Assembly: GCA_964394665.1 (NCBI GenBank)
Contig: CAYMYN010000005.1
Location: forward strand, 37,461-101,460
Reading direction: 5' to 3'
Length of the DNA: 64,000 bases
DNA from: an uncultured Planctomycetaceae bacterium
Lineage (GTDB): Bacteria; Planctomycetota; UBA1135; GCA-002686595
The notes under the pieces are model-generated. The model was not told the DNA's origin and made no database searches. It saw only the letters and a program-made list of their open reading frames with translations. The number at the start of each line of letters is the position of its first letter. Within the stretch, counting starts at the first letter, position 1. Below are positions 62,539 through 64,000 of the stretch, piece after piece. Position numbers and translations under genes: made by a program.

Positions 62539-64000
62539 ATGTGCGGATTCATCGGCATCTACGGCCCCGACGGCACCGACGTCGCCCCCGAGATCTACGA
62601 GGGCCTGCTGGCCGTCCAGCACCGCGGCCAGGACGCGGCCGGGATCATCACCTTCACCGACTCCTTCCACGTGAAGAAGGGCCTCGGCCTGGTGCTCGAG
62701 ATCTTCGACGAGAAGAACATGTCGCGCCTGCGCGGCAACCTCGGCGTGGGGCACGTGCGCTACCCCACGGTGGGCGGCAACCAGGGCGAGGACGCCCAGC
62801 CCTTCCACCTGACCTTCCCGATCGGCGTGGCGATGGCGCACAACGGGAACGTGTCCAACTACGCGGAGCTCGTCGAGCGCTACTTCCGCAACGGCGGCAC
62901 GCGCCTCAACAGCTCCTGCGACCTCGAGGTCGTGCTCTTCGTCTTCGCGCGCGCCCTCTCCCAGCGCCTGCGCCCCGGCCACCCGATCGCGGCCGAGGAC
63001 GTCTTCCACGCGGTGCAGGCGGTCTACGAGCAGGTCCAGGGGGCCTACTCGGTGGTCGCGACCCTGGCGGACGGGGGCCTGGTGGCCTTCCGCGATCCCT
63101 TCGGCATCAAGCCGATCGTGTTCGGCGAGAAGACCACCGAGGAGGGCAAGTGGTACGCCTGCGCCAGCGAGAGCGTGGTGCTCGACGTCAACGGCTACGA
63201 GCGCAGCTTCGACCTGGCCGCCGGCGAGGCGCTCTTCGTCGGCTCCGACCGCAAGGTGGTCAAGAAGCAGATCGGCGACAAGCCGCACCGCCCGTGCATC
63301 TTCGAGCTGGTCTACTTCGCGCGCCCCGACTCGTTCCTGGACGACGTCTCGGTCTACAAGACCCGTCAGCGCTTCGGCGCGGCGCTCGCCGAGCAGTGGA
63401 AACGCGAGGGCGCGCCCATGCCGGACGTCGTGATCCCGATCCCCGACAGCTCGCGCGACGCGGCCCTGCAAATGGCCCAGGGCCTGGGCGTGCCCTTCGC
63501 CGAGGGCCTGGTGAAGAACCGCTACATCGGCCGCACCTTCATCATGCCCAACCAATCGAGCCGCTCGCGCTCGGTGCGCCGCAAGCTGAACCCGATCCCG
63601 ATCGAGTTCGAGGGCAAGAAGGTACTCTTGGTCGACGACTCGATCGTGCGCGGGACGACCTCGCGCCGCATCGTGCGCATGGCCCGCGAGGCGGGCGCGA
63701 CCGAGGTCTACCTCGCTTCGTGCAGCCCGCCCCTCAAGGCGCCCTGCCCCTACGGCATCGACATGGCGACCAAGACCGAGTTCGTCGCCACCGACCGCAC
63801 GACGTCCGAGATCGCCGCCGAGATCGGCGCCGATCACCTCGTCTACCTCGACCTCGAAGCCATGAACGCCGCCGCCCGCCGCGGCAACCCCAAGATCGAG
63901 CGCTTCTGCAACGCCTGCTTCACCGGCGAGTACCCCACCGGCGACATCACCCTCGAACGCCTCCAAGCCATCGCCGGCGACGCCCTGCTCCACCGCCGCG
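62539..64000 (+). CDS. purF: Amidophosphoribosyltransferase (partial; the C-terminus runs beyond the window end)
   Basis: MCGFIGIYG (Ntn Cys1). Glutamine amidotransferase class II domain and PRTase motif VLLVDDSIVRGTTS. The frame is open to the window end. Confidence 0.9.
   Translation, partial: MCGFIGIYGPDGTDVAPEIYEGLLAVQHRGQDAAGIITFTDSFHVKKGLGLVLEIFDEKNMSRLRGNLGVGHVRYPTVGGNQGEDAQPFHLTFPIGVAMAHNGNVSNYAELVERYFRNGGTRLNSSCDLEVVLFVFARALSQRLRPGHPIAAEDVFHAVQAVYEQVQGAYSVVATLADGGLVAFRDPFGIKPIVFGEKTTEEGKWYACASESVVLDVNGYERSFDLAAGEALFVGSDRKVVKKQIGDKPHRPCIFELVYFARPDSFLDDVSVYKTRQRFGAALAEQWKREGAPMPDVVIPIPDSSRDAALQMAQGLGVPFAEGLVKNRYIGRTFIMPNQSSRSRSVRRKLNPIPIEFEGKKVLLVDDSIVRGTTSRRIVRMAREAGATEVYLASCSPPLKAPCPYGIDMATKTEFVATDRTTSEIAAEIGADHLVYLDLEAMNAAARRGNPKIERFCNACFTGEYPTGDITLERLQAIAGDALLHRR

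Noticed and set aside
61885-63993. 702-aa minus ORF opposite purF
   Set aside because: Antisense to an unmistakable amidophosphoribosyltransferase. Only its last 147 codons (the PGPGW protein, 61885-62328) lie outside purF and have a ribosome-binding site and TM helices.
1-64000. CRISPR arrays, rRNA/tRNA genes, insertion sequences
   Set aside because: No direct-repeat/spacer periodicity, no tRNA-like cloverleaf candidates in intergenic gaps (2168-2565, 3751-4098, 17540-17815, 56281-56468), and no transposase-like translations were seen.

Overview
This is a very GC-rich (~70%+) bacterial chromosomal window, densely coded, with gene content typical of a Myxococcota-like genome: many ECF sigma factors, Ser/Thr kinases and large secreted or membrane-anchored beta-sandwich proteins. 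I found no rRNA, tRNA, CRISPR array, transposase or integrase. The six-frame track contains many long wrong-frame or antisense ORFs, which is expected at this GC content. Genes were called from recognisable protein signatures, signal peptides or TM segments, start/stop overlaps and ribosome-binding sites.

Housekeeping genes:
- thrC (2566-3750, minus strand).
- ribBA (25345-26610).
- A zwf-pgl-gnd operon (43918-47523, minus strand).
- purF (62539 onward, partial at the window end).
- A RegB/RegA-like two-component system (48228-50238) with a DUF3365 c-haem lipoprotein upstream and a CoxIII-like membrane protein downstream.

Accessory content worth a second look:
- A TetR-regulated RND efflux operon in which the RND permease and a TolC-like outer-membrane factor form one uninterrupted 1688-aa ORF (6018-11084).
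- Two paralogous single-chain ECF sigma factor / TM / carboxypeptidase-regulatory-like fusions of about 1017-1047 aa, at 20631-23771 (plus strand) and 33491-36544 (minus strand). They read as fused sigma/anti-sigma proteins.
- Free-standing TM + beta-sandwich paralogs of the C-terminal part of those fusions (18382-20502 and 56469-58106).
- A 2095-aa secreted protein (11252-17539) heading a plus-strand gene string that ends in the first fusion.
- Two ECF-like sigma factors of the Ser/Thr-kinase-associated type. One sits beside a kinase with a formylglycine-generating-enzyme-like C-terminus (51504-54131). The other is followed by an orphan 85-aa ORF that resembles only the N-terminal sigma-binding-like domain of those kinases (40514-40771).
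- An FG-GAP/VCBS + tail-fibre + peptidase-S74 chaperone-domain protein outside any prophage (41622-43847).
- An RpoE-like sigma / zinc-finger anti-sigma / Spy-like module followed by an orphan GspL/GspM-like pair, NfeD-flotillin and a lipoprotein (26640-33385).
- A tight GT9 glycosyltransferase / B12-binding radical-SAM / membrane-anchored protein operon, divergent from an LpxO-like hydroxylase (56469-61867).

Regulatory candidates are an AT-rich palindrome upstream of the TetR gene and two strong hairpins between convergent genes.
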